64,000 nt of DNA from Camelus dromedarius. Lineage: Eukaryota. Made by a program: the position numbers and the translations under genes. Where the stretch lies: assembly GCF_036321535.1 (NCBI RefSeq), contig NC_087436.1, positions 76,758,001 through 76,822,000 on the forward strand, read 5' to 3'. The notes under the pieces are model-generated. The model was not told the DNA's origin. It saw nothing but the letters and a program-made list of their open reading frames with translations, and searched no databases. Below, piece by piece: positions 1-14,465 of this stretch. Within the stretch, counting starts at the first letter, position 1. Every line of letters starts with the position of its first letter.

Positions 1-1522
1 ATTATATTCACTCTTCTTTTTTTTTCCAAAAAAAAAAAAAAAGATGATGGCATTGAAGCCTTTGATAATAAAGAAAACATATTTTTATGTGGGTTTTTTG
101 GTACTTCCAGCTTTAAATATACAACTTAACATATGTTTAAAATAGAGCATATGGGAATAAGAAAAAGCAAATCTGAAATCCAGGCACAAATACTACTTTA
201 TAGTAATTTCAAATCATGCAGGTTATTGAGACTCAGAACTAACAAAAATATAATCTCTTTGCTATAATCATACTAACTTTCAGGACTTAAGATTTCCATA
301 GCTAATATCTCGTTATTCAGGTTCTACAAAATTCACTCCTACATTTTAAAAGGATTATATCAAGAGAGTCCTCTTGGTGTGAGTTGGGGTCATTTATTAT
401 TGAGCAATATTAAAAACAACACCTTTACAGATCAGCCAATGAGTGAATTAATTAGCAGCAACCAGCCAGTACCATCAGTGTAATAACATCCATCTATCCA
501 CTAACTGCATTATTACAGAGGTGGTGTCCATGAACTAGTTGGTATTGGGCAAAGAAGAAGTTAACATCATTCAGCTGTTCTCTAGACAAGAGGAATTTTT
601 AAAGTATTTCTCTTTTGTTGCATTTCCCTTTTATGGGAAAAAGACAAATTTTGCCTAATAAAATGATCTTACAAATTATTTACCACCAATCAGTGTGTTC
701 TGAAACAGTCTCTTCAATGTCCTATGTTCTTTACTTTGGGAGAACTATAGACCTAAAATTGATTCAAAATGATGGCTTTGGAAAACTTGCAAGACTGCCA
801 AGGGTCTGCTGAATTAACAGTGATTGATATGTGTTGAATAAATCAACCAGTATTTTAAAATGACAGTTTGAATCCATTTTTTAAGAATTGATAATCCATT
901 TGATTCATATTTTCTTGTGCATGTTTTTGAGAGGATTTAGCAAACCAGAACATTTAAGTTACCAAAACATAGCAATCCCAATCATGTCTACTAAAAAAAA
1001 GTTGATCGAACCATGTTATCAATGAGATAGGAGTGTGTCTAACTTGATGGAAGAAGGTTGTCGTTCTAACCTTATCATTTTACAAGCCACATGTCAACTT
1101 TCCATCCAGATGGTTGTTTTAGCCTATGTAGTTGCAAAGAGGAATGAGACTGTTGTCATATTGAAGCAAACAAAGAGATCTGACTTTAAGCTTAGAAAGG
1201 AAAATGAGAATTCATAAAGATCTGGAAAAACTTTCATGTGAAAGTAACTACTTTATTTTTAAAATATATCTATTTCATCAAATGTGGAGACAGCTAAACA
1301 TAACATGTCTTTAGATATTTTTAAATGAACTAAGAAGTGCAACTATGTTTCTTATATGGAAAAGCTGCTGTAAGGTTACCATAACTTACTAGGTAACTCT
1401 CTTACCTTTGTATTCCTATGCTAAGCAAAATGCTTCAGTTGGAAGTACACACTATCTATTTACAAATGGGAAAAGTAAGTGGAAAAGTAGAAGCTAAAAA
1501 AAACCCAAAACCTATCTTTATT

Positions 1523-1843
1523 CCACTTCACACCTCTTAGGATAGATATCATCAAACAAACAGAAAATAGCAAGTGTTGGCAAAGAAGTGGAGATACTGG
1601 GATCTTCATGCATTACTGAGGGATATATAAAAAGTGCACTATGGAAGATAGCATGGTAGTTCCTTAAAAAGTGAAAGATAGAATTATCATATGATCCAGC
1701 AATCCCACTTCTGAGTATATGCCCAAAAGAACTGACTCAAACAGGTATTTGTAAACTTGTGTTGACAGCAGCACTATTCAAAATAGGCAAAAGGTGGAAA
1801 CAACCCAAATGTCCATTCACAGATGAATGGATAAATAAATGTG

Positions 1844-1882
<39 letters not shown>

Positions 1883-2256
1883 GTGGATTATTACTCAGGC
1901 TTAAAAAGAATGACATTTGACACAGGCTAGAACCTTAAAAACATTATGCTAAGTGAAATAAGACTGACCAAAAAAAAGACAAGTATTATGTGATTCCACT
2001 TTTATGTGGCACTTAGAATAATCAAACTCATAGAGACAGAGAAATAAATAATGCTCACCAGGGGATAGGGGGAGGGAACAAGGGGAAGTTATTGTTTAAC
2101 GGGTACAGAATTTCAGTATGGAGTTTTGAAAAAGTTCTGGAGAGGAACAGGGGTGATGGCTGTATGACAATGTCAATGCACTTCATTCTACTGAATTGTA
2201 CACTTAAAAATGGTTAAAACTGTAAATCTTATGTTATACATGTTTTACCACTATAA
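1523..2256 (+). mobile_element. Old L1 (L1MA/L1MB-like) 3' end with internal (CA)n
   Basis: L1 motifs tatgatccagcaatcccacttctg, aaacaacccaaatgtcca, ctgaattgtacacttaaaaatggttaa. Confidence 0.9.
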
Positions 2257-3289
2257 AGAGTTATTATTTCAGGAATTTAAAAATCAACGGAAATACTATC
2301 ATAATTTATAGATTGCACTGATAGATGAATTCAAGATATAAAAAAATAAAAAAGTTCCCATATACCAGTAAGAACCAAGTTAGGAATCTTAGGAAAGGTA
2401 CATTTAAATCAAATGTATATTAATTTATTTTTAAAGATATATCAGACTTTATTACAAATTACTAATATGTGATTCTCTTTATATATGTAAGTATATTTAT
2501 CCTAATTATCTGTCATGACAGTCAATTCCTTTTAATATAATAAAACTAATGGTGGCATGTAAAAATAAGTATCGTTTAATAAGCATTTTTGCAGGATATA
2601 TAGCCAAGAAAATATTTGATATTTCAAAAATTAACTCAGAATTCTAGTTGAGATATATTACTATCCTAATCTCAATGGAATGTTAACAGTCAAACAAAGT
2701 CTTGACTATATGCAAGAGTTGAGAATAAGTAATTCAGAGTGGAACAATTATCCTGGTAATTGAGAGTGGGAGGCAATGGCTCTGCTGGTTGCCCCCAGCC
2801 TCCGTTCAGTTCCCTCAGTCACTCCAGTCGGCTCCAGAAGGGGTCTTCTCCCCCACTGCCTACCGCCTGGTGGACATAGGACCAGACGCACAGACTCAGC
2901 CATCCAAGACAAAAACATAAAGATTCTAACTGTTGTTGAGGAAAGAATAAAGTTCTCATTAGCTGTCCTTAACACTGCTGCCACCACTAGCCTCTCCAAC
3001 TGAGACAGGACCCGGTGCCTAGGACAGGAGCCGACTCTGTGGCTTTTCTTTCTCCTAGTGCTAACGCTGTAATACCACTGTGATTCCAAAGACCTTTCCA
3101 AACTGATTTCATGGCTAAATATACATAAAACAGAAAGCAGAGAAGCCAGGTACAATCATATTTAAAAACATAATTTGAACCATAACCAACTATATTCCAC
3201 ATAAATATAACCAATAATTTTCTGACAACAACAGCAATGATAATTGTGACCAACCATTACACAATTTAGTCCTTATATATCAAGTGCTT

Positions 3290-3480
3290 TTCCAAGGGCT
3301 TTATAAGCACTGGGGTTATTTAATCATCACTTCTATGTGGCAGGTATTAATACCCCAAATCTACAGATCAGGAAACTGATGCCTGGAAAAGGTAAATTAT
3401 TTACTCAAAAGTTCACTGTAAATAAACAGCAGCCACAGGATCTGGACGCAGGAGAGTCAACTTCCAACACCCATAATCAT
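3290..3480 (-). mobile_element. MIR SINE fragment
   Basis: Reverse MIR core acagatcaggaaactga...aaggtaaattattt. Confidence 0.65.
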
Positions 3481-4789
3481 CACCACTAAAGCATTAATAA
3501 AATTCTGCATCTTGGATATCCGTATAGATCTTTTAAAATTCCGTTAGAGATAATGAAATATTACTGGATGGGAATATAGGGAAAAATGCTCACCTTTATG
3601 AAACTTAAATCTGGTAGAAGTTCAGAAATTAAATACATTATAAACTAAATCTGAAGAATATTATGAAAAGGAATATAAAATTTTCAAAGGGAATTTGTGT
3701 GAGACCTAATCTTTTTGAGACCACAGGAAATGACCTCTGATTTCTAATACTTGCACAATACAAGCTAGTGTGTAAGGATGGTGTGGATTAATGACATTAA
3801 GTCCTAAAACTTTATACACTTCTCATTTAGGATGAAACTCTTTTCAATAACATACATTTCTATCTTCCTAAACGGAGTTGGCTGCACATAGTCTCATACC
3901 CAAGACAAAGTTTTGTAATGGTGAATACTGATTATTACAGCAGGATGTAGTCCAGCAGTGTCCTTAGGGCGTTCTGGGGAACGTGAAGCTGTTCTTTGCA
4001 GTCTTGTGTCTGTCAGTTCTCTCATTCTCTTCCTTGCAACCCTCACCTCTCATAACTATGATGTACCCCTCCTTCGCAGCCCCCGCCCAAGTCAACTGTA
4101 CTGCTTCTAATTTGCCGCAGGTATGAAAACCAGAGAGTCAAGTCCACTAAAAATAGGTACAAGATAAAAACAGAAAATAGTGTAAATAAGCTGCGACTCT
4201 TCGACATTTATTTTTACTAATCAGAGAATTATTTATCTATTTCCATTAACATTTTTAGAGTAGGTTTTACTTGCTGATCTATTTTGCAATACCATACAGT
4301 TTAAAATAATATAATCTCACAATGATTTTATAGAATAAAATCAGTATTCTGATTATATGTTCCATATAGAGCCATACTTTTCCTGCATATGACTGTAATA
4401 TTCTTAAGTCTCGATTTCAACACATTCACCAAAATAGAGTCCAGTTCAAGCAGTCTACTAAATCTAATCAACAAAACCAAACTTACATTATGTCTATTCA
4501 TGTCTATACACATACTCAAATCATACATAATTTTTCTCAACTTGAAAATTTTGCAAATGTGCTTTGTTTTATTTCCTTATTTAAATGCTTGGTTTTAACT
4601 TCTTTTGCATATCACAGACTAAAAGTAAATAGCTATGTCATATATATAATATATATAATATACATATACATTTTAAGAGAAAGCAAATGAATGGGGTTAA
4701 CTTTGTAAGGGTTGAAGTCAGGGACACCAGCTGCAAATATTTCATTCTTTCTTAAACTGTACTTGTGAGTGAAATACATGTTCTAGGAT

Positions 4790-4835
4790 CCCTCTCTTTC
4801 TCTCTCTCGCTCTCTCTCTCTCTCTCACTCTCTCC
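4790..4835. repeat. (TC)n microsatellite
   Basis: Direct reading. Confidence 0.9.
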
Positions 4836-6064
4836 CCCCACTTTCAGATAAATGCCAGTCATTTGGCCAGGGCTCACTCACAGAAGGTACAGCAGGCACA
4901 GATGGTACTAATGCATAAATGTAATCTAGCAAAAGAATGCCAACGCCAACCCAGAAAAGGTTCCAAATAACTGCAGTGCACTTACAGGAAGTCTGTGATT
5001 GGCAAGGTTAAAGCTGCGACTGTGAGAGCTCACTGTTTGTTCCCAGATCAACAATAGATATTCTTTAGCAGATGAACATATTTAATTTGCTTTATTTGCC
5101 ACACATGTATTAATTTAGAAAGTATTTAGATAAGTGATATATCCTTAGAAATAACATTGAATGAGGATAATCTAATTCCTGCAACTGCCTGAATGCATTC
5201 ACAAATGCACGTGCATCGGAGTATCTGTAGGCTCTTCGCACCCATTCTCTATTTCTTACCTCATTTTGTTTTCTTTATAGCTCCTGCTACCTGAAATTAT
5301 CATTTGTCTATTAATATACCAAAATATGCTGTTTATTTGTTATCTAACTAAATAGATGAATTTATTTACTTATTTATTTCCTCCTTAAAAATACCCAGCT
5401 TCGAATAAAAGTAATCATTGCTACATCAGTTATAATGGTAGCCGTCCCACCATGAAAAACTATGAAATAGCCAATCATAGGGGATTCCTACACTAATTAA
5501 AATAAAAGGTTATGTGACTGTTATCATGAAAATTACATAACAAGGTAAAAAAACCCAAGAATGATATAATTTTAAAGCAGGGTGGAGATTAGCTTTTCTA
5601 TAGTATGATTTCAACTCTAATTAAAAATAGGTTCAGAAAAATTTTGAGGTAATTCTTTGATAGTTTCGGTTTGTGTGACATGACATGAGAAGACACTCTT
5701 CTTCTTTGTCTTGAAACTTACACAATTTTTCTTTCATGAGTATGTATTTGTTTTGTAATAACAAAAAGTTCAAAGAAAACTTATCATCTTAGTTACTTAT
5801 GTATTTTACCCCAACTTACTCCACACACACACACACACAACTGAAGTTACTTTTTCTAAATTATAATCTTACCATTGAATCAAATTACTGGAAGAAATTA
5901 AATAGTTGTTACTGTTTTGAGCTTTCTCTCAGATATAAACTGTGGCACAGGGAAGCTGTATGAAAAAACCTGTAGAGCAGAATTTCTGTGACAAGAATAT
6001 TAGTAAATGACTGTCAATGCTTTTGCATAAGATGAAAGGAGAGGTCAAGCATGTAAACATTTTT

Positions 6065-6170
6065 TCATCTTTCAAAACCAGATCTACCATTTGAGAGTCA
6101 TTTGACTGGGAGCAACTTATCTTTTCCACTTTATTGTCCTCATTTATAAAATGTGGACAACAGCATGGCC
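6065..6170 (+). mobile_element. MIR SINE fragment
   Basis: ttcaaaaccagatctaccattt...cctcatttataaaatg resembles the MIR core. Confidence 0.55.
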
Positions 6171-7774
6171 TCATGGAGGCACTGGGAGACCTGTAGACAC
6201 GCCCATGAAGTTCAAGGCCTGACACACGATGAACACGAGCAAATGCCATGTGTTCCTACCACTGTTTCTGTCTAACAGAGACGAAATGGCAAGTAGTCTG
6301 ATGCAAAGAATCATTTTAAAGAAAACTTCAAGCTAGATACTGGAGCCAAAAAAAAAAAAAAAAAAAAAACCCAAAAACCCTCGTTAGTCAAGTTCCAATC
6401 AAAGAAATATCTATGTATCCAGCGGTTCTTCCATGAAGGAGACCCACCAGTCATCGAAGTGAGATCCTGGATGCTTTTGGAGGACTGACTCTGGGCAGCC
6501 TATTAAGAAAACAACTAAACAGTGCTGGCCATTGCTAAGTAAGAATAGACAGGTTTGGAACATGCTCCTGAAATTAAAATGCATGCCCTCTACCAGTGTG
6601 GAGAGTTTACAAACTGTATGTTCCTTTTTTAAAAAGTCACCATACCTTGACCCACTAGAACAAATGCCCTTTCTCTCCCCGAGGCTGACCCAGCTTGGCA
6701 GCACAGAGTGGGCTGGATTTCAGGGACCATTCCCAGTACTCCCTTGCTTTCCACCTTCATGCGGGACATAATTTGCTCAACTAGAAGCAACATTCCTGAA
6801 ATTATGCATAACGTGTGGTGGCACATCATGGTCCACAAAAGTGCAAATGAAGAAGTGACAGGGAATTTGGGGTACACTGTCCAGAAATAGTGGACATGAA
6901 AAGAAAATCTTAAAGGCCAGCTGGACTGGAAAAAAGGTGACCTAAAACTGGGGGAAATGCCAGAAGGAGCATTAAGTTAGGCGAAGGCTGGGCTAAACAT
7001 GAATATGAGGAGGCAAAGTGGGAACCAAAGAGCAGGACAGCACACTGACATTTATGCTTACGTGCCTAAGGTACGTGGTATAAAGTGGGAAGAAAGTCTT
7101 AATTTCCCTTGGCTGCAGAAATTGTAATGTGAAGAAGTTTTAAGATGTTTACAATTAATCAAAGAACTTGGAGATCTAAGGTGAACTTAAAATGAGGCTG
7201 CTCTGCTCACTCGTGTGTACTTGGCTCCTTGTTTTTGGAAGGAGCATTTGCTGTTTCACATTCACTACATTAATATGTGGTGCATTTCTGTTGTCTAGAG
7301 TGACACTTGAGTTAATATACTCTCAGGAGATGACTTAACTTCCAGTAGGACCTATATATGCCTCCCCGACCCCAAAAAAGCACGAAGAACTATGATCCCA
7401 TTCTAAAGTTGTAAGAGAAGGGAATTTATCAGGATTATATGTACAACCCTGATTGCAGGTCACATATTCTAATACTGAGATATTATTCATAATTCTAAAT
7501 GGAGGGAATAACCTCATTGCCAGTATCATGATGCTACACTTTAAAGGAGTTCAGTTGTTTCAGTCATCACTCTTAAACAAGTATTACAAATTACCTAATT
7601 ATTTAGTAAAGGTGCCCTCTTTTTTGCTAGAATTTTCATCAGTCTCTATTCAGATAATTTTTAAAATAACACAGTGCTATTTAACTTCTGTTTCCAGATC
7701 TTCTATCAAAACTTGCTACTCTCAAAACCATTACCATTTTCTTTCCTAAATCAGCACTATAATTGGTAGCATTA

Positions 7775-8110
7775 CATTCAGCCCTTCCTATCACACAAGT
7801 TCTGTATCCGTGGATTCCACACCAGCAAATTCAACCAACCTCAGATCAAAAAGGTTTCTTAAAAATTCCAGGAAGTTCCAAAAAGCCAAACTTGAATTTG
7901 CTATGCACTGACAACTACTTACATAGGCATTATATTAGGTATAATAAGTAATTTAGAGATGTTTAAAGATAAGGAGGATGGGTGTAGGTTGTAGGTAAAT
8001 ACTACCATTTCATGTAAGAGACTTGAGTATCCACAGGTTTTGGTATCTGCAGGGGATGGGGGTGTGTTCTGGAACCAATCCTCTGTGCATACTGGATACC
8101 AAGAGACACA
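7775..8110 (-). mobile_element. MER2/MER2B-like TcMar-Tigger non-autonomous DNA transposon
   Basis: ctggaaccaatcc, gacttgagtatccacagg, attaggtat-ataagtaatttagagat, ggaagttccaaaaagccaaacttgaatttg. Confidence 0.85.
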
Positions 8111-9177
8111 TGCACTTTGGAACCCTGCTTCAAAGATTCCCACACGAGAAGTTTTTCACTTAATCTCACATCCAAACCCTAAATGAACAGCCAAAATGTT
8201 CTCACATCTTTTTAATTCTATCAAAGTTTCTTTTTCTTTTTAGATGATTAATTTCCTCATAAAAGTTCAATTATAATGATGAAAGAAAGAGTGAAATATT
8301 TCTACAGTATTCAAGTTAGTCTCAGGGGTTAGAGAATGATGCAAAAGAAATAAAATCTCTTATTAAACCTAAAAAGTAGTGAAGGAGAAAAAAAACTAAC
8401 ACATGAAATAATCAGAAAGCAGTGAATTTAAAAATTTTTGCACAATATTTAAAATAATTCACTTTAAGCTTTGGTTATTTATTGCACTGTGGATTATAAA
8501 GCCTTCTGCACTTATACAATCATTCTCACCTAGTACTATACAAGATTAAGAATTATTATATTTTCTATTTTTCTGTCTCTTGCACAATTCTAGATACAAA
8601 GTCAGCAAGAAGTGAATAATTTGACTGTGCGTTCATTCACTCCTTTGGAGGCATTTCTAATTTTAATCTTTGTTACAAAGCAGAAAAAAAGGGAATTGGC
8701 AATAATATTTTCACTTTACTCTTAGGAAATTAATAAATGAACGAGCCCTATTTTTATACAGTTTAAAAACACCCATAAATTTAATTAAGCTTTTAATTCA
8801 GTTACAAAGGACGGGAATCAATCACTGTAGTCTCAACAGGAGCATTAAGAAAACAAGGTGCCCATTTCAGGTTCTTAATGAGGTGATTACCAGCAATAGG
8901 AAAACCTCAAAAGACTCAGATTTGGCTCAATTAAATTCCTTGAAAACCAATTTCACATAACTATCTAAAATGGCACAACGTAGGGTAGGAGAAGAAATTC
9001 TCTGGAAGATTCTTTGAACTATCCATAAAAGTTCAGGGCTAGGGCAGGTGGTTTCTGATTATCTGCTTTGGATGTTATCTTCATTGACGTTCTCACTGTA
9101 GTACGTTCACAGAAAACGGTCTATCTGCCAGTGACTTTTCTGCCACTCGGGCCACTTCTTCCCAGATCTAATTTTGT

Positions 9178-9322
9178 GTGTGTGTATGTGGGAGGGGGTG
9201 TGTGATGAGATTAATTTATTTATTTTTAAATTTTTTTGAAATGGAGGTACTGGGGGTTGAACCCAGGACCTCATGAATGCTGGGCATGCACTCTACCACT
9301 GAGCTATCCCCTATTCCCCTAC
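9178..9322 (-). mobile_element. tRNA-derived SINE of camelid Vic-1 type
   Basis: Minus strand ggggatagctcagtggtagagtgcatgc...gaggtcctgggttcaacccccagtacctccattt with Pol III A box (TAGCTCAGTGG) and B box (GGTTCAACCC), A-rich tail, approximate TSD ctaattt(t)gtg. Confidence 0.85.
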
Positions 9323-10979
9323 CCTAATTTGTGACTCATATCTACCCTGATAGAGATACTGTCTGGATTGTGCCATTCTCAAACAACAGATTTCTGTTTC
9401 ATCATCTATACCAGAAATAAAGAAATCATAAAATGTTATGTGTCACTGACAAAGTAAAACTTGAGCAATTAAGTATCTATTGAGCCAAATATTCATCCTG
9501 AACATCAACCGTGTTACTTAGCATTATGTTAGTGTTTTAATAATATCTTAATATTTTTGAATATTTCATTTCTTTTCAGTAAAAACAAGAAATTATATTT
9601 TGACATCTGGTTACTATTTTATTCTAGTTTTCACTGATACGTGACTGCCTTATCCATTCCTTATTTTTAGGAATTTGTTGTTTCAACTCTTTGTGAAAGC
9701 TCTCATGAGGTTGGTTATAAACATTGCTACTGCCCATTTAGACAGAGATGGTCAGAAGGAAAGAACACTGAATGAAACGGCAGGTTCCTGTGCTAAGGCT
9801 GAAGGCAGAGTGTCATTCACTTCTGAGTCTGAATCAAGTTAATTAAGACCTGCCAGAGGCTTCGCAAAGCCTAACATTGCTGGTAGTGCTACTCATACAA
9901 ATTACAAAATATTTTCCTCCAGAGGATATTTTTTGTGAACTGCAGAACTGTAGCGGAAAAGCAGGAAAGAGAGGAGAGCTCTAGAATTCAAGCTCATTAA
10001 ATGTACCCCAAATGCTTTCTGTATTTTCATGCCAATCTCTCTATAAGCAATTCAGTCCCTACAGAAAAATCTGAATACTGCTGAAAAAGGAGTGCATTAA
10101 CTTAAGTATTGCTACTTTGTAATCCGTGGTGGTTAATATATTGTATTATATATAGGAATAATTGCTACTGTTATACTCATTAAAAACCACTAAATCACAA
10201 GACCATTTTAAACTGCTGCAGTAGGAGAAAAACGTTCAGATTTTTTACAGTATCGTATTCTGGCACCACACCAAAAAAATGATGGACTGCACTACTTGGG
10301 AGAAAAAAAATCTGAACATGAGTTCTTGTACTTAAGTGTCTATTTCTAATTTGCATGACAAATAAAAGGTATTTCTTTCCACCTTCAGAATAAAAAGCCC
10401 TACTCTATGCCCGTCACAGTATAAAAACAAGTCACTGGCCTAAGCTGTAGCCCATATGGTTGTTACCCATACATTTGTGAGTTTGGTACAACATGCTTTG
10501 TGTTGGCAATTTTAATTTAAATCGACTATTAATCTTTTAAATACATTAAGCATGTCCACCCCTGCTGCCAGGGTCTCCTGCCCCTTCAATTCTCCTTCCT
10601 TCTAGCCCAGTGTTTGCTCCCTAGAGTTTGAGGTTGCAGCAAACAGAGTGACTCAGGCCAAAACAGAAGGAGAAAGAGGTTCATTTCAAATTGCAAAGTT
10701 GTTTTGCCAATTGCCTAGTAACGCCACAATTTTCTCTTCTGAAGCTTTGTAAAATCAAGCATAAATGTTTCTCAAACAGATAATTCTTGTTTTTTCAAAC
10801 ATTACCTGAATTATTTAACTCATGAATTTAGGCTTAGTTTCAAGTGGCTTTGTTGGAGACAGACTCATCCACACTAGGGTGACTTCAGTGAAGAGTCTGG
10901 TTCTCTCAGCCCCTGCCACACCTCTCCTCCAGAGAATGGCTCACTGCAGATGAAGATGAGAAGGTAGACAGGTGGAAAT

Positions 10980-11402
10980 GGAATACTACTCAACCATAAA
11001 AAAGAATAAAATAATGCCATTTGCAGCAATGTGGATGGAACTGGAGACAGTCATGCTAAGTGAAGTAAGTCAGAAATAGAAAGAAAACTACCATATGATA
11101 TCACTTATATGTGGAATCTAAAAAAAGAGAAAAAGACACAAATGAACTTATTTATAAAACAGAGACAGACTGATAGACACAGAAAACAAACTTACGGTTA
11201 CCAAGCAAGGGAGGGAGAATGGGTGAAGGGATAAACTGGGAGTTTGGGATTTGCAGATATTAAGTACTATGTATTAAAATAGATAAACAGCAAGATCCTA
11301 CTGTATAGCACAGCGAACTATATTCAGTACCTTGTAATGGCCTATAATGAAAACAATATGAAAGGAATATGAATATATATATATATATTATATATATTCA
11401 AT

Positions 11403-11433
<31 letters not shown>

Positions 11434-11538
11434 GTATATACATATAAATATATATATGTATATAATTGAATCTCTATGCTATACTCCAGAAATTAACACA
11501 ACATTGTAAATTGACTATACCTCAATTAAAAAAAAATA
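10980..11538 (+). mobile_element. 5'-truncated L1 3' end with internal (TA)n
   Basis: atgccatttgcagcaa..tggatgga, atcacttatatgtggaatctaaaa, A tail; degenerate TSD gtagacaggtggaaat (10964-10979) / gtagagaggtgcaaat (11539-11554). Confidence 0.93.
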
Positions 11539-11936
11539 GTAGAGAGGTGCAAATTTCTTTCCAATGAGAAGACAACTTAGTACATTAAGTAATATGTACA
11601 AAAGTCCAATATGGAAATCCATTTTTTAAGAATATACCCCAAGTGTCTTTATATAGCAGGAATTTACCTACATATGGAATAACTGTATTCCTCAAAATTT
11701 CCATTATGATTTCAAGTTCCAGATTTTTAAGCCAACCATCATCCATACTGTATTATTTTATTAGAAGAAATGTACTGATTTCTTATATATTGTTATTAAT
11801 GGTGAAAATATTTGTTGACATTTATTGAGCATTTGCTCTATGCCAGGTAATGGTCTAAGTAAAGCAGTTCTTCCCATTAGAACTATTCTCTTTTCTCCAA
11901 ATTTCAAGCTAAATGGGTTATACATTTGTCTTATTT

Positions 11937-13235
11937 CATTTAAAAATTTTTATTGATGCCTAGTTGATGTACAATATTATGTAAGTTACAAATGTACAAT
12001 ATAGTGATTCACAATTTTTAAAGACTATATTCCACTTATAGTTATAAAATATTGGTTATATTCCCCATCTTGTACAATATATCCTTGTAGCTTATTTTAT
12101 ATGTAATAGTTTGTATCTCTTAATTCACTACTTTTATATTGCTTCTTCCCTCTCCCCACTGGTAACCACTGGCTTGTTCTCTATATCTGTGAGTCTGCTT
12201 CTTTTTTGTTATATTTACTAGTTTGTTGTAGTTTTTAGATTCCACATATAAGTAATATCATACAAGATTTGCTTTTCTCTGTCTGACTTATTTCACTAGG
12301 CATAATACCCTCCAAGTCTAACCATGTTGCTTTAAATGACAAAATATAGTTCTTTTTATGGCTAAATAATATTCCTTTGGTATGTATCTATACCACACCT
12401 TCTTTATCCATTCATCTGTTGATGGACACTTTGGTTGCTTCCATATCTTGACATTTGTAAATAATGCTGCTATGAACATTGGGGTGCATGTATCTTTTCA
12501 AATTAGTTTTTGGTTATTTCAAATACACACCTAGGAGTGGAATCACTGGGTCATATGGTAGTTCTGTTTTATTATTTTGGGAAACCTCCATACTGTTTTC
12601 CACAGTAGCTACACCAATTTACATTCCCACCGTGTAGGAGCGTTCCCTTTTCTCTACATCCTCACCAACATTTGTTATTTTTGTTCTTTTTGATGATAGC
12701 CATTCTGACAGGTGTAAACTGATATCTCATTGTGGTTTTGATTTGCATTTCCCTGATGATTAGCGACACTGAACATCTTTTCATGTGTTTGTTGGCAATC
12801 CGCATTCCCTCTTTGGAAAAATGTCTATTCAGTTCTTCTGCCCGTTTTTTAATTGGGTTGTTTCATTTTTTTGATGTTGAGCTGTATGAGTTGTTTATAT
12901 ATGTTGGATATTAACCCCTTATTGGTCATATCATTTGCAGATATTTTTTCCCATTCAGTAAGTTGTCTTTCATTTTGTTGATGGCATCCTTTGCTGTGCA
13001 AAAGCTTTTTAGTATAATTAGGTCCATTTGTTTATTTTTGGTTTTACTTCCTTTGCTTTAGGAAACAGATCCCCCAATATATTGCTACAACTTATGTCAA
13101 AGAGTGTTCTGCCTATGTTTTCCTCTAGTTTTTTGGTTTCTGGTCTTATATTTAGGTCTTTAATCCATTTTGAGTTTATTTTTGTATATAGTATTAGAGA
13201 ATGTTCTAATTTCATTCTTTTCTATGTGGATGTCC
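11937..13235 (-). mobile_element. 5'-truncated L1 (ORF2 C-terminus plus 3'UTR)
   Basis: ORF 13018..13215 ([24 protein letters not shown]) is L1 ORF2; perfect 15-bp TSD acatttgtcttattt at 11922-11936 and 13236-13250. Confidence 0.96.
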
Positions 13236-14359
13236 ACATTTGTCTTATTTTAAACTAGCATATGTAAACAGGAAAGAAAGCGTTCATAAGCAAAGTATGA
13301 AATTGGAAGAAAAATAATAATTATGCCGTTTTGCATTGCTACCTCCTCTCATAACTAAATCTGCCTTGCATGTTGGTTCAATTAGGTAAATCTGATTATG
13401 TGGGTAGCAAGGTTCTATTTACAACTACGATTGGCTTGGCACATGACCATTCCTCATCTTTTAAGTGCTACAAAAACTAAATAGCAAGGCAAGCTCATAA
13501 TACAAACAACAACATAAAAATGTTTCTTATTTTTCTCCAGCAGAATATTTTCTCACCTACAGCTTCCAGTCACCTTTTACTGTTGGCGATGTCAAAAACA
13601 CTTATTGCACAAGCAGAGATCCGTGTTTCCTTTGCCACAGACAATAAATCTTTAGTGTCTTCTCCTGATACGCATCATTCCACTTGCTCTCAAGAGACAC
13701 TGTATGTCTCTCTTGACTTCCCCTTCACCTCACAAGGTCACTTTTGAGTGACGATACAACTTATTGCAAAAATGTATAGGCATGCACAGTAATTATCATC
13801 TGCTGTTAAGTATCTTGTCAGTAAACGTTACAAAACTCTAAAAAAAGGTTGCTTTCCAAACTTAACATAACATACACATAAACTTAATACCACAAACAGA
13901 GATTTGAATAAGCCCATCTGAAAACATATTTCTGTTCTGTCCTTTCTACTCATTGTTGCCATGAAGTTATACTTTATCCAGAAGGTATACATTTGAGGAA
14001 TTCATTTTAGCTTCAGAGAAATCTCATTTTCATTAAGTGATAATCTGGGAACTAAAGAAAATAAATTGCTAGTTGACTGCATTCACCTCTAGCTTCCAAA
14101 ACCAAAGCTTTTTCTCAATTAATGAGAAACATAGTGGCAAAATTTTGTGAAGTGGAAATTTCTTTTATCCTCATTAGCCTTTCTCAACCAGGGTGCCACA
14201 AGTGCATTAAGACCTTTGGAACCATCTCTTGTATATGACAAGCTGACTTCTCAGCCAAGTCTGTATTAGTTGTGCAGAAGCCTTGGGAGAATGAGAAAAC
14301 AATCCCTTAAATTGTTTTCTCTGTTCTCTGATTCAGATAAAAAGCCTCAGTTGAAAAAT

Positions 14360-14465
14360 TCTATCAAAAAAAAGGTTCAGAGAGGCTATAAAACTAGCTC
14401 AAGGCCAATCAGCTGGTAAATGCAAAAGCTGATATTTGAACCTGGTCTTCTGACAATAAAGCTAG
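14360..14465 (-). mobile_element. MIR SINE fragment
   Basis: aggttcagagagg...ctcaaggcca...atttgaacctggtcttctgac. Confidence 0.65.

Noticed and set aside
2748..3155. 135-aa minus-strand ORF as a novel gene
   Set aside because: No recognisable homology or supported exon structure; consistent with chance in locally GC-richer DNA
9241..9312. tRNA gene
   Set aside because: A and B boxes are present, but it is followed by a SINE body and A-rich tail with TSD and has no proper acceptor stem
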